The notes: generated by a model from the sequence alone, not told the origin. Counted from the stretch's first letter, positions 22,711 through 36,509 are shown. The stretch is 50,239 nucleotides of DNA from Malacoraja senta (GCA_038087875.1 JAXLNO010000487.1:62001-112239); one strand, 5' to 3'. Numbers and translations: made by a program.

Positions 22711-25149
22711 ACCTAATGCTATCCACAACACATCTGTAACCTGATGCTGCCACATACTGGTGCCTTTCCTGATCTAAATAGACTTTCTTTATATAACAAT
22801 TTGACACCTGAAAAAAAGTGGGAAACTTCTGAAAAGTGGGCTACTTATAATGAATATGAGGTGGAAAAAGGAGGAAAACTTATTTGTGTCGGACTTTCAA
22901 ATACGTTACTGTGACATGGTCTAATTTGTTAATATGAGGCCAAACGCTGAGGTGGGTCTCAAGTTACAGGGAGTTAGTGGTTTAATTCCGGATAGATCTG
23001 ATTTTCCTTCCCATTATAAGGTTGAGTAAAGTGAAGGATTATTATGAAATATTTTTACAATTCTTCCCCCCCCCCCCTTTCTCCTGGCCCCTGCCCTGCC
23101 CCCTCCATTTTAAATTTTGTTTCTACACCAGCCACTTTGTCTAATCACAACGTTAAGGACGTTACCTGCCCATGTTCTGCACCAAGTTGGTATAGAGTGG
23201 GCCATCTAAAGGTGTGTCAGAATCTTCCCTGTTTGAATTGCCCCCACCACCTCATGCAGGTAACAGCATACTATGTGAGCACAGGGACTGTAATAATGAA
23301 GCCCAATCCATTCCTCACCCAGTGCTTAACAAATAGAATTGCTGACAGGTTATTGAGGTCAGGAAGCCAGAATTCCTCTCCTCTTTCCCAGCATGGGTTC
23401 AAAGACTTACTGTAACAACTTTGTGCATTCGCCTAGTGCACCTTCATTGATATGAATTGGTTTATTATCAGTAGGTTGTGGCCTTTGCTGCTTATCTTAT
23501 TCTTGCACTGTGTCTCACACTGGGGAATTGGGAAGAGTGACCCTCTTCTCTGAAAAATACAGTTCATTCTTCAGAAAATAGAAGGCGCACATGTCTTTTG
23601 TGAGACTTGAATTTGTCTAATGAATATCTTGAGTCATATGGGTCAAGAAAGGGCAGGGTTGAGTCCTTATCCAGTACTATCTAAATGCAACCAAAAACCC
23701 AAAGCTTCTGCATCATGCATGTCATAAACTTTACCTTCACTTTGATAATGTTAATGGAACTAATAATTCCATTAACATCATGGAGGTATGCAGTGAGTGT
23801 TCAGTATTGGTGAATCAAACTTAAAAATAATATCTCACTAATTTTAAAAAATGACAAAAATAGAAGAAATTCTGTACCAGGCCGTTTGGTGATTGATTTA
23901 CCAAGCTTTCTACATCCATGTGACCCCCTCTTTCCATCCTACCCACACTCAATGGTGCCTCAAATTTCTTATGTAGCTTAGGTACGCGGCAATCTAAAAC
24001 ACAGCTATGAATTTAACTTGGGATGATTTTTGTCATGCCGAAAGTTTAAAACTTTAAACCTTAAAAAGGTATTGTAGGAAGGAGGATATCTAAAATAAAT
24101 GCCCACATTTATTTTTCATGTTGCTGCTGCATTACACAAATGTTCCATCTGTCATGGGGATGGTTAAATAGTCAAGTTAAGAGTGCATATTTGTCGTGTG
24201 CACTGGACATGAACTGAAACAATTACAATCTTCCCTGCTGCCGCTTTACAGGCACATTCAAAGTGAAAAAATAAATATATATACAATATGTTAACAGGTC
24301 TTCTAAGTAAGTGTCTGGCTACACACTCATAGGTGCGCAGAGGGTCATGCAGGGGAAGAGCACACAGCCCCGAGGTGCCATGTGTGAATGGCCAGCAAGG
24401 AGGAGGTGTCATTGTCAATTCATACCAGGGGATGTCTACCTAAGCACTGCACTAGATCGGTATTAGTCCTACACAGACTGCAATATCCGCATTTCCAAAC
24501 TTACCTTTTCGATGTAGCAGGATTCATCATATGCCCACTGAAGCTGGGCTTGGCCATTTATTGGCCAGATCCATATCTTGCATTAACTGACACACAATTT
24601 AATGCCAACAATTAAGACCTGTTGTGACCAATGAAACATTATGCATCGCATGTCAAAACAAATGATGAGGCTCCTGAGTCATTTAAGGCTTGTTTTATCC
24701 TTCCACATTTATCTTAAATATTCTTGATGGTATCTTCAAAGCTGATCAAGCACTTTACTTTTTCTGAATGCATATGAATTTTCTAGTGAAAATGTGTTTT
24801 TTAAAAAGGTTGATAGTTATGTTGGTAATGAAGGCTCAAGGACTCTTCTGTAAATCATTTCAGGCCCTTTTACCTTTACAGCTTTGTTAAATGCCTGAGC
24901 ATTGGGACTGATCCAGTCTATTTATAGTTTGAGTACTTCTGCCTGGAAGTCAGATAAACAAGCTGCTTACTGTTGGCGTTGTAGTCACATGTAGTATGCA
25001 GTCCTTTGGCAAGACCTGTGAACTGACCTTGTATTCATATCTAAAAGGGGATACTGAGGCTTTATTCTCCTGGAGACTGCTTTTGGTCCCGGAGGACTTT
25101 TACTAACTTTTTATAGTCTTGTAACCAGTCTTGGTGCAAATCTTTTAAA

Positions 25150-26480
25150 CCGATTCAGATAGTTTGTTGTCATATACACCAGGGTGCAATTAAATTCCTT
25201 GCTCACATAAAGCTCACAGAGTGAACTGTATACATACAGTAATGATGAATACAATGATGGGTGCAAAATAGCAGAATGGTACAAAGTTGTAGTGCAATTG
25301 GAAGTAGTGCAAAACTTTATTAAAGTAGAATAATGGAATGACTACGTGAGGTAGAGTTAAGAGTACATGGCGTCATCTCTGGGAAGGGGATGTGAAAGCG
25401 ATGGTAGGCACAAAATGCTGGAGTAACTCAGCGGGACAGGCAGCATCTCTGGAAAGAAAGAATGTGTGACGTTTCGGGTCAAGACCCTTCAGACGTGAAA
25501 GCGCTGATTGCTTCCGGAGTTTGATAGCAGTGAGGAAGCAGCTGTTCTTGTTCTAAGTTCCTGACACCCGGGCTTTCATACTCCAGTATTTTTTCCTTGA
25601 AGATAGAAGAGAGAAAAAGGAATGGCCAACCTTGACGACACTTCCAGCCTTCCTGATGCAACGCACCGTGCAGATGGACAGGATGGATGTGAGCGATGAC
25701 CAGTGATAGACTGGGCTGTCTCCACTCTCTGCAGGTTTAGGCAGTCAAGGCCAGAGCAGTTGCCATAACAAAGTATCCTTCTCGACTGCCTCTGTAGAAG
25801 TCAAGAGAATTCTCATGGTCTTGCGAATCTTCTCAAACATCTAAGGAAGTAAAGACGCTGTTGTGCTTTCTTGATAACCACATCAGTGTGAGGGGACCAG
25901 GGAACTGAGCACACAACCTGAGGTAACTGATGTTAAGGGTCAAGGTGGAGGAAGTTTTATGACCAATTGTAATCGACGGAGGTCCGCTAGTCAGGAAGTC
26001 CAGAAGCCAGTTGCAGATGGAGGTACCAGGGTCAAAATCCAGAAGTTTAGGGGTGAGTATATTTGGTATTGTGGTGTTGAAGTATGAGCTACAGTCAATA
26101 AATAGCATCCTGACATAAGTGCTTTCTTGATCGAGATGATCCAGAGCTGAATGTCATGCAAACGAGATAGTGTCCTCCATTGACCTATTTTTCCTGTATG
26201 CAAATTTGCAAGGGGTTTAGATTATCGTGAAGACTTTCACAAATGTAGGCCATTACCAAACATTCAGAGTACTACATTATTGTTGATGTTAGAGCTACTA
26301 GGCATTGAGACAAGTCACTTTATTTTTCTTGGGGACTAGAATGATGGATGTTTTTTTGAAGCAGATGGGGACAGTAGCCTGTTGAGGTGCGAGGTTGAAG
26401 ATGTTGGCGAAGGCTAGGGGTGAGAGTGGTGCACATTTTCCGAACCTGAGCAGGGACTCCATCCAGGTTTGCCATTTAGA
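25150..26480 (-). mobile_element. Old Rex/Babar-type LINE fragment, with a short Penelope-end insertion at 25404-25494
   Basis: Minus strand FKKTSIILVPKKNKVTCLN..ALT and LFID.SS.FNT.IP..L..KL.......ICNWLLDFLT (RT motifs); LINE 3' tail near 25150-25210. Confidence 0.8.
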
Positions 26481-26491
26481 GTTTACCCTCA

Positions 26492-27120
26492 CATGATATG
26501 ATATGATAGAACTTTATTTATCCCAGGAGGGAAATTGAAATGCCAACAGTCATAAAACACAAGATACATGGAACATGAAATTAAAGTGACAAGTGGAAAG
26601 GATTGGGGATGTGCAAAGATTGGGGAGGGGGGGAGGGGAGTCAGTCTACCCCACGATAGAAGGGGGAGGAGTTGTACAGTTTGATAGCCACAGGGGAAAA
26701 AGGATCTCCTATGGCGTTCTGCACTGCATCTTGGTGGAACCACTTTTGCTGAAGGTACTTCTCAGGTTGACCAGTGTATCATGGAGGGGGTGAGTTGTAT
26801 TGTCCAAGATGCTCCACAGTTTGAGGAGCATCCACCCCTCCAAGACCACCTCCCATGAATCCACTTCCGCCCCCCAGGGCAGAGCTAGTCTTCCTGATGA
26901 GCTTGTTAATCCTGTTAGCGCCTGCGGCCTTTGCCCTGCTGCCCCAGCACACGGCACCGTAGAAGATGACACTGGCGACCACCGATTGGTAGAACATCTT
27001 ACTGCAGACGTTGAAGGAGCGGAGCCTTCTCAAAAAGTACAGCCGGCTCTGTCCCTTCTTGTACAGGGCCTCAGCGTTCCTGGACCTGTCCAGGCTAACT
27101 TCGAGGTATTTGTACTCCTT
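26492..27120 (-). mobile_element. Younger Rex/Babar-type LINE 3' fragment
   Basis: EYKYLEV.LD...NAEALYKKGQSRLYFLRRLRSFNVCSKMFYQSVVASVIFYGAVCWGS; SILDNTTHPLH; tail AATAAA..(TCATA)n. Confidence 0.9.
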
Positions 27121-28721
27121 GATAAACTGATGAAAGCACTCATGAAAGCACCTCCGATTTTTGCCATTGTGATGCATGGGACAGAAACGGGGGATCAGGG
27201 ATGTGCCTTGCTGGCACTTTGTCTGTTCAAAATGGGCATTTGAGGCATTTGAGTTCACCTGATAAAGATACCATATGAGTTCATTGGGTATAACTCTATA
27301 AGCTCTTTAAATCTAATGCTCTTGTCTAGTACAGTGTGTTGATGAGATAACATCTCTTTTTACAAGTTGGGTTCTGTATATCCATCAGGATTGAGGGGGG
27401 GAATGGGCTTTCTAATCTGGGCTTGCAATCTGGGAAGAAAGGCCCTTGCGTAGGAAGGAACTGCAGATGCTGGTTTAAATCGAGGAAAGGTCCTTGATTT
27501 GCTTAAGACCTTTCTTGAAATGCCCAGTTAAACACTTCACTCATTCAAGGATTACCACAATACATGGCTTTGCACATTGGAATGAGCTATAATTTGCTGT
27601 TCCTGCTGATGAGATTCTTAGTAGCCCTTGAATTCGTTGGATGTTATTAAGTATGAAGGTTATGTGAATAAAATGATTAGATATTAGATTACTGCCGTAG
27701 GGATAACAACCAAGAAGTAATTTTGGGAAACCAAGACTGAGCCTGTTGATGCTTGCAGAGTGAAGGCACATGATCTGTTTTCCTGCTTTGATCTATTTTA
27801 CATATTTCTCTTAAATCCCTTTTTTTTGTTTTTACAATCTAGGATAGGATCTCAATTATGCAACTAAATGTTCCGTATATTTATTTGTTTTATATATTTA
27901 GTGCATGGCAATAAAAAAAACACAGACAGCTCTAATAGTGGTTGAACACACACTGTGTTCTAAAATCTCATTGTCTGTGCAACCTTTCTCTCTCATTGAG
28001 CGCTCCATTCTCTTATGAAACCTTAGGTTAGGAAATCCTGTTGCCAAGCAAAAGAGCCGTAACTACTTTTGGTGGTTATAGATTGCTTTAACTTAATGGA
28101 AAAGATGAGCTACTTTCACTGCCTCTGTAAGTAATTAACTCATTGTGCCAGGCAGCTTAACCTTGAGTCATACCCAACTTCTCGCATCGTGGGAGATTCT
28201 TGTTCTGTCGAGTCCCCGCAGAGCTCTGCTGATTGTTACATTCCAGGCGTTGACAACAGGCCAATGATCCCAAGATTAAACCCTGAATATCTTCCTGGGC
28301 ACTTCATCCTGTCCAAGTTCCTTTGTTATACTTCGCCTGCTGCAGGGTTTTTTTGTTGGAAATTGTTTTGTATAACTTTCAAATTGTATTCGCTGTTGTG
28401 CACCAGATTTGTACATGTGTACAATGAATTGTAGTGAGTTTGATGTTACTCTGAGTATTGTGGGTGATGCACTTTAACTAATGTTTGTTAACTAATTCAA
28501 CATTAACATTGTGCTGCTCTGGGAGGCAATTCCACAGAGCTTCTAATCAAACTACTATGTAAAATTTAACCCATTTTGGCACTTGAGTGGTTAGGTCCTT
28601 CCACTGCAAGGTTAATTATCTATCCCAGTGGAATTGATTACGTGTGCTCTGCTCAACAGTCCGATGGGTATCTGCTGCCTAATGTCTTGAGGGCTTCCTT
28701 GCAAGTTCCTTATTAATGAGG

Positions 28722-28900
28722 TACTCAGAGGGCAGTGGAGGCGGGTTCTCTGGATGCTTGCAAGAGAGCTAGATAGGGCTCTTAAAAATAGCGGAGTCAG
28801 GGGATATGGGGAGAAGGCAGGAACGGGGTACTGATTGGGGATGATCAGCCATGATCACATTGAATGGCCTACTCCTGCACCTATTGTCTATTGTCTATTG
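28722..28900 (+). mobile_element. CR1-type 3' tail with (CTATTGT)n end
   Basis: GGGATATGGGGAGAAGGCAGGAACGGGGTACTGATTGGGGATGATCAGCCATGATCACATTGAATGGC; same family as the tail hosting the Penelope at 2934. Confidence 0.85.
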
Positions 28901-29274
28901 TACTACTGCTAAGATTGTGCTCGTACTTGCGTGTTAATGCAGAATTAGCTGAGAAGTCTAAATCCCTGCATTGGGAATTTTTTATTTACATTAACAAGGC
29001 AGTACTAGCAATTACTTCCATTTTTAAGTATACCAAATTAAATGCAAGTCTTGACTTCATGTTTCTTTAAAAACTGCAAACATCCTGTGTTGGACCAATA
29101 TTTTAAGAGGAGCAGTGCCAATCTATGTCTCTTTATTGCCAGGATTTGGAAAACATTAGCGAGACACTTTAGTCTGGCTTTTCTCCAGAGTGAAGATTTT
29201 CTTTAAAGATTTCAAATCCTACAGTCGCGCTGAATTTAGGGATATTAACAAATTCCAAATGGTTCTTGCCCATC

Positions 29275-29430
29275 ATAGGACATTTAGACAGGTACATGGA
29301 TAGGAAAGGTTTGGGGAGATATGGGTGAAATGGGACTCGTGTAGATGGGGCACCTTGGTTGGCATGGGCAAGCAGGACCAAAGGGCTTGTTTCTGTGTTA
29401 TGTGACTATGACTATGATCCTATGACTCTA
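29275..29430 (+). mobile_element. CR1-type 3' tail
   Basis: CATTTAGACAGGTACATGGATAGGAAAGGTTT...AAAGGGCTTGTTTCTGTG..(GACTAT)n. Confidence 0.8.
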
Positions 29431-31257
29431 AATAAAACCCCTCACCTACACACCTCTTAGCCATCTGCTATTTTATCTGACTTTTGTATTTGTTATGCAA
29501 AAGCAAGCAACAACCAGGAAGAAGTACATAATTCCAATAAATAGGATAGTGACTTTTGTTCTCCTTAACCCTTTTGGATGTTTGGGTTTTTAGAAAGTTA
29601 TGGTTTTTATTCAGTATGAAGATAGTTGTCTTTCCTAAACATTCTGACCAGCACGGTCACTGTCTTGTTTTTCATGAAGAAATCGTTTTTCATACATTTG
29701 CTTGTTTTGTGTTATGGTTTCCTCTGAAAGTCCCAGCACTGCTGACAGGAAATGAAAGCCGGGCCATGGGTTTGTACCTCTTTTTATGGCTGCTGGTGCT
29801 GCTTGTGCCTGAATGGAAACATGACATACTGGAGCTGACACATTTTCTTCTGGATTCCCACAGGGCTATTTGCCAGTTTAGGAGGTGTTGGTTCAAAGGT
29901 CAGGGGTTGTTATACGCTTAACTATACTTGCCAGATAGCTCTGAGAAATAGGACCTTTTTTGTCTAAAAGTGTTTGTCTGGAAGAAGAGCCATTCGGCTT
30001 TTTTTTTAAGCTTTGCCAAGAATGTGGAAGTAATAATTTGCATCAGATCTAAAATCCTTGTTATCTTTATTTTGAGGTTTATTTTATTTTGTTTGTGAAA
30101 AATTGATAATTTGGGGGGAGAGAGAGAGAGAGGAAATTCTTACTTGCAGCAGCACAGCAGAATATGTAAACATAGTACACTGCAAACAGTATATTAAACG
30201 AGAGGAAAAAAAAGTTCAGTGTGTGTATATATATCACATACTCACAAATATAGATTATTGCTGTGGAGCAAGGATGAGTAGCTCACCAATCACCCCTGCC
30301 ACCACCACCTTCCTTGTTGGAGGAGTTCTGACCTGCCTTGTCTTTTCATCTATCTGCCAGAGGAATGAAGGATGTTGGCATTTTACCCCACATGGCCTCC
30401 CGGTTTGGGCCTGTGTTACAGCAGAATCATCAATCAAAATAAAACAGCAATAGATTAACGTTCTTGTATCCTGAATTAATTACTTTTAATTTTAAAAGCT
30501 CTCACAATTTCAAAGGGGATTTAATGTGAAAATTAATTGAATCCAGACAGGTTTGAAATCAAAGTGAGCTTTTGAAATAAGACTGTTTGTTTATACTTTA
30601 AGTCTGTTGCTTATACTTTTAATTCTTCCCATAAGTTTAGTTTTGGAAAACAAATTTCTTGTTTGGATTTTTAAAAAACTTATACTAATAAAAATCATTA
30701 AATATATTGGTCTTATTTTTGTATTCCCTTGACCACTCCCCACATAGCTGATCATGCTAAAGCTGCCTCCTCTGCATTAATTTAATTACTTTGGTAATTT
30801 ATTTCCTTTTGATCATAACTGCCAAAAAATGACATGTGCTGATTGTGAATTTTGCACAGACAAATATTTTCTCAATGCCATGGCAACTAAGTATTGTTGG
30901 CATGTTGGGAAATAAATATTAATTTTCTGTTGCAGGCAATTGAAGTTTAGGCAACTTCTTTAATGGCAACAACGTTTTAAAATAAAGCTCCTGAAATATT
31001 TGCCACCATGCAGAAGTGATTTAGGTTGATAACATGGCTTTTCCATTCTATTACCAATATCTTCCTAATCTATTGTTTAAAAAAAGCAACTGTACTCTCT
31101 TGAGGGTCCTTTCCCTTCGTTTTCCTGTGTGAAGTCTGCATGTTGGGGCTCCAGGATTTCTACAGTGCCTACCAAGAGATGCACGATAACCGCTACCAAT
31201 CCGGGGTTGGGATCTTGGAGAATTGCTGCAGTAGCTTTCTCCCTTAGGACATCTTTC

Positions 31258-31740
31258 AAGTCAAGTCAAGTCGGGCTAATTGTCATATGCTCATGTCGGT
31301 GAGGTACAGGTACAATGAAAAGCTTGATTGCATCAGAGGCACTTGGATGCAGACACTCACAAAGCATGAATTGCAAAAAAACAAGACATTAGTGCAAAAC
31401 ACAATTAGAAAAGAACAAGTGCATAAAAGTGCAAGACGTGGTCCACAGTGTTCCATAGCCATGCTATGATTAGGGTTGCAGGGTTGATTCAAAGACCTAA
31501 TAGTTGTGGGAAAATAGCTGTTCTTGTAATTGGTGATATGTAACCTCAGGCTTCTGTACCTCCTGTCCGACAGTAGCAGTGATAAAAGGACCTTGTCTGG
31601 ATGATGGGGATCCTTGATGTTAGATGCTACCTTCTTGAGGCAACACCCTATGTGGATGGTTTTGATGGTGGAGAAGGCTGTGCCGATGATGGAGCAGGCT
31701 GAAGTCACTGCTCTCAGCAGCCTCCTACATTCTTTAATGA
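31258..31740 (-). mobile_element. Rex/Babar-type LINE 3' fragment
   Basis: CLKKVASNIKDPHHP...LSLLLSDRRYRSLR.....KNSYFPTTIRSLN; (GACTT)n tail. Confidence 0.85.
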
Positions 31741-31783
31741 TATATGTGTTGGCATGAGAGCATCATCCCATATCATTAATGAG

Positions 31784-33414
31784 ATAACATCTCCCCAGAG
31801 TTCATGAAACACCTGGGCCCCCGAGCTCTAACCTGGCTGACCCAACTCTACACTAGGGCCATACAGACTAACTCCATCCCAAAGATATGGCGGACAGCAA
31901 AAGTCATTGCTATACCAAAACCTGGCAAAGACAAAAAACTACCAGCAAGCTACCGCCCAATCTCTCTACTCTGCGTCCCACTCAATATCTTAGAACGCCT
32001 TATACTACAACGTATATCTCCAGGAGTAGAAGAGATTCTCAGTGTGGACCAGGCAGGTTTCCGCAAGGACCGCAGTACAGGAGAACAAGTTCTGACCCTA
32101 ACCACCTGCATTGAAAACGGCTTCGAGAACAAACTGAAGACCGTATGACACTGTGTGGCACAAAGGCCTCCTCCTAAAACTCACCAAAGCACTCCCTGCC
32201 TGGGCATCAGAAACCATCAAATCTCTGCTCTCCAACCGCAGGTTCAGAGTTCACCTTGGACAGAACAAGAGTGCATGGAGAACACAGAAGAATGGGCTCC
32301 CGCAAGGGTCAGTTTTAGACCCAACCTTGTTCAACCTTTACACAAATGACCTACCCACCACCAAATCCCGCAAATTCATCTATGCAGATGACATCTGTTT
32401 GGCCTTCTAAGCACCAGATTTTGGTACATTGGAACAGGTGCTCAATGAAGACCTTGCTAAACTAGACGAGTACTGCAAAACCTGGCGCCTAAAATCAAGC
32501 CCAGAAAAAACGGTCTCCAGTGTGTTCCACCTCCATAATGCAGAAGCCACAAGAGAACCAAACATCTATCTGAGCAGGACCAAACTGAAGTATGCCCCCA
32601 CTCCAACCTACCTCGGAGTGACCCTTGACAGGACCCTATCCTTCAAGGAACATCTCAAAAGAACAGCAGCTAAGGTGAAGTCCAGAAACAATCTCCTCAG
32701 TAAGCTTGTGGGCTCAAAGTGGGGGGGCAGCAGCCCCCACACTGCGCATTTCAGCACTAGCCCTTGCATTTTCTTCAGCCGAATATTGCGCCCCTGTTTG
32801 GTCCAGGTCATCCCACACACACCATGTGGACACCCAATTGAACTCAACAATGAGGATCATCACAGGAACAATCCGCTCAACACCACTCCCCTGGCTCCCT
32901 GTCCTATCCAATATAGCCCCTCAACACATCTGGCGAGTAGCCCTCACTCAAAGGATGCTCCAAAAGACCAAAAACTCCCCTCATCTGCCAATTTACATGG
33001 ACATCTTCAACCCACCCATTGCTCGACTTCCATCTAGACGACCAATTTGGAAGAACCCTCCACCAGCTGATTTCACCACCCAATCAGCTTGGAAAAAGGA
33101 ATGGGAGTCCAAGGACGTCCCAAATAAACATCTGGTGTCAGACCCAACCCTACCGGTCCCTGGCACCTATCTCCCAAGGAAGCAGTGGACAACGCTGAAT
33201 AGATTCAGGACTGGACATGGCCCCTGCTTGGCCAGCCTTCACAAATGGGGCAGCAGCCCAACCCTACGGTGTGCTTGTGGAGAGCAGCAAACAATGCAAC
33301 ACATCATTGAAGCATGCCCTCAAAAAAAACTTAAAGGAGGACTTGTCACCCTTCATACAGCAGATCAAGAGGCAACTGCTTGGCTAAAGGACTTTGCATT
33401 CGCTAAATAAAATA
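31784..33414 (+). mobile_element. Vingi/Ingi-like (I-group) non-LTR retrotransposon, 5'-truncated RT pseudogene
   Basis: KVIAIPKPGKD..YRPISLL, QAGFR, NGLPQGSVL.P.LFNLYTND, YADD, YLGVTLDRTL, SALALAFSSAEYCAPVW, LNRFRTGHG, C-x-C-x7-H-x4-C; no RNase H; (TAAA)n tail; 6-bp TSD AATGAG 31778-31783 / 33415-33420. LINE identity is firm; the clade call is less so. Confidence 0.85.
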
Positions 33415-34199
33415 AATGAGTACAACAAGCCAACTTTTCATTAAGATCTTGATGGTGAATTGTTGGTGCTGCAAGTGCTAGAACATAAGAACAGGATGAT
33501 GCTGGTATATGGTGTGAAGAGATGAAAGAACAAAATGAGTGTTTGGAAAGAAAGCATGATGTTGCTTTGCACCTTAGTGATTTTCACACCTCGATACACA
33601 ACAAAAATGGAATTACTCAGAATGGTAGGAGGGAATGGGGAAAAAAAGAGTTATCAAACATTATCGAGAACTAGAGAAATGAGGTGTACTGGCTCTTGCT
33701 ATTCTTGCCCTACATTTGCAATAGTTGGCTGCCCCTGTCAAAGCCTGTTGTGGATCACTTCTGTTGCTGGTGAACACACTTGGCTCCTTGCCCTCGCCTC
33801 TGTGGGGAAAGTCCAAGCAGGCCTGTGGTAGCACAGTGACATGCCATATTTTCCCCTCTGCAGTGATATTTAAAAGTGGTATCTTCCCTTCAGAGAGCCC
33901 TTGGGAGTTCTCAGTGTCTTCCATTTCCTGAATAAGTCAGGGAGGCAACTCAACAGTTGTATTGAAATGAAACTTGGAGGCTAACACTGTGTGAGGCTTG
34001 TGGTGGTCTTGGCATGGGAAGTTTTCTCTGTATGAAGGGACCAAATAGAAATTGAGAATATTGTTTTGTTTCTCAGGCCAGTGAAAGTACATATTAACAT
34101 TTTAAATCGTTACACATTCAGAATCCTAACCATTATTTAAAGTAAAATTACCTGAAAATTGATCACTTGAGCCCAAGTTTAATGAAAATTACTACATAG

Positions 34200-34298
34200 A
34201 AAGACACAAAATGTTGGAGCAACCCAACGGGTCAGTATCTTCTCTGAAAAACACGGAGAGGTGACGTTTTGGGTCAGGACCCTTCTTCAGACTGATAT
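34200..34298 (-). mobile_element. Short Penelope-end element
   Basis: GGTGACGTTTTGGGTCAGGACCCTTCTTCAGACTGA; 7-bp flank repeat TACATAG. Confidence 0.75.
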
Positions 34299-35499
34299 TA
34301 CATAGCATGTTTGTGACCAGAGATTAATTTAAGGCAAATTTGAGTCTAGTTTGTAAAGGTTTTCAGCCTTTAGCTCTTGTAATTGACACCTACTGATATT
34401 TAGCTGATATTTTAAAACAATAGAGCATATGCCAACATCAGTAATATTCAGTTTTATACTGCAGCTTTTGGGTTTCTCTGGAATGATCTTCTGCACCTGC
34501 TGCATTAATACCTTTTAAAATTTGAAAAAGAAACTTTATTTATAAAATATATACAAGAAAAAATGCATGTCTATCTTTACATACACAGTGTTATCCAGTC
34601 TGTACAATTGCAATGCTATTGGCTTTAGTGTCTTTGATTTAGCGCCATTGCCTCTCATGTGGTCGAATGGGGCAACACAACTTCAAGCATTTGAGAGGCT
34701 TCTACACAGGATTTAAACTCTCAATATCTAACAGCAGAAAGACCTTAAACTGCTTTTTTCCCCCCTCAAAGCCTTTGCATTATCACACCAGGCTTCAGTG
34801 CATCCCTCAGCATGTTCTCTGCAACCTACATACAATGCAGCAATTCAGGGCAGAGTGGGCAGCCTTTGCTTTATTTCAGACCATGGGGAAGCTATCTGTT
34901 TCCCACCCATTGATTTGGACTGCGCTACTGATGTCAGTTAGAACAGTTGGTTCCAATTCCTGATTCCCTCCCCGAAGCACATCAAGGGGAGCATGTCGGT
35001 CATGTATGTGAGATATCCTGTCAAAAGGCTGTCTCCTGGTCCAAGCTGACCAGGCCAATGTCCTGCACATAGACGATGGTATCCCTCTTCCTGCTGCATT
35101 CATTTCAACCTGGCATCACATCTGCACTTGGTAAAACAGCTTGGAAAGTTTCCCGAGTAAAGGGTGGAACTGCAGCTATCTCGTTACACCCATGGATAGA
35201 AGCATCCATTACCAAAGCGTTGGATTATGATTGAAAGCATTTATTGCTGTTCCTGCCATTTGTATTGTGTACTGTGTTCACCGATCATGCCAGCGAGGAC
35301 AACGTTGAAAATCAGTAAATGGTGTATTCCTGTTTTATTTAATAATAGCTTTAATTTTTGAAACTCTATATGCTTTGCAGGTATTTAAGTCATCTGGTAG
35401 TACTAGTGTTGGGTAACAAACACTGTTTCAGCTTGCGCTGTCAGGTATTGTTACATTCACAAAGACGGTGTGGCAGAACTAGAAATTATTTACAACAGT

Positions 35500-36120
35500 C
35501 AGTGTTGGTTCAATGGTACTTTCGTCACATGTACCAAGGAACAGTGAAATTCCGTTTTTGCATACAATTTAGTAAAAAGTCTGACCATACATAAGCACTA
35601 TCATACTTCAGTAAAGGAGTATACGAATAGTAGATTACACTGAGACAGCACGCAAGAATAGCCACGTTTCCAGCAACATCTTGTAACCTTCACATTTCAA
35701 GGTTCTTAACAATGTAGACTCTTAACTTTGCCTTAAATGCCTGTTGTCCTGGTGGCGGCACTGGGTTGGAGCTGCAGGGTTGTCCTGGCCAGGCGAGGTT
35801 GTCGATGTCCTTCACCGCCACTCCAGGCCACTGAAGGCCACATCCGATCCACATACTCGACCTCCTTGGAGCGGCGTCCGATCCAATCGAGCCACAGGCT
35901 GCTGCAGGCTTCCAGCGGCCCTTTTCCACCTCGATATTGACCCGGGCCCATCTCAGAAACATGCCGTCTCTTGCCTCACACGGCCACCACTCGCTCTGAC
36001 TCTCACAGCACTGGGACACCTCTCACCACTGACCTTGGAACACCCTCTGCACCTCCAAAGGCGCAGGAGGTGAGCCCCCAGCCTGTTGGACACCATTCCT
36101 CTCCTCTGTCCACCAGCACA
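35500..36120 (-). mobile_element. Decayed GC-rich non-autonomous element with LINE-type 3' tail
   Basis: GTCACATGTACCAAGGAACAGTGAAATTC (reverse of a Rex/L2-like tail) followed by a CpG-rich non-coding body. Boundaries approximate. Confidence 0.45.
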
Positions 36121-36509
36121 GAGGCTCTGTCCTTCAAAATGTAAAAATGGATTGTTTCCAGAACATGATCCACAGACGAAGCACGAACATTTATTCAATG
36201 GTCCACACCAGGTGAACAACTAAGGAAAATTAATATCTTGTTACAAACGTGGTGACAACGTTTCAAAATGTTGTGCACATTTGGAATAAACAAGGGAAAC
36301 ATTTGGATCTTTCAGTTGATCAAATTAAGATATTTTGTTATGAACCTCCTATCTAACTATTGTCCCTCAGGCCCCTCTCATTCAGCCCCTTCTTGAGCTT
36401 CAGCATCCCTTCAACCATTTCCTCTCCTTTACCACCCAACCCCCATCTCTCCATCTAACCCTTCAAACTGTGTGGAGTTTGAACATTGTTCCTGTGACTA
36501 CCAGTACTC

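Noticed and set aside
23748..23778. 12-bp perfect hairpin ATGTTAATGGAA / TTCCATTAACAT
   Set aside because: Short, AT-rich and isolated; too small for a pre-miRNA, with no TIR/TSD context.
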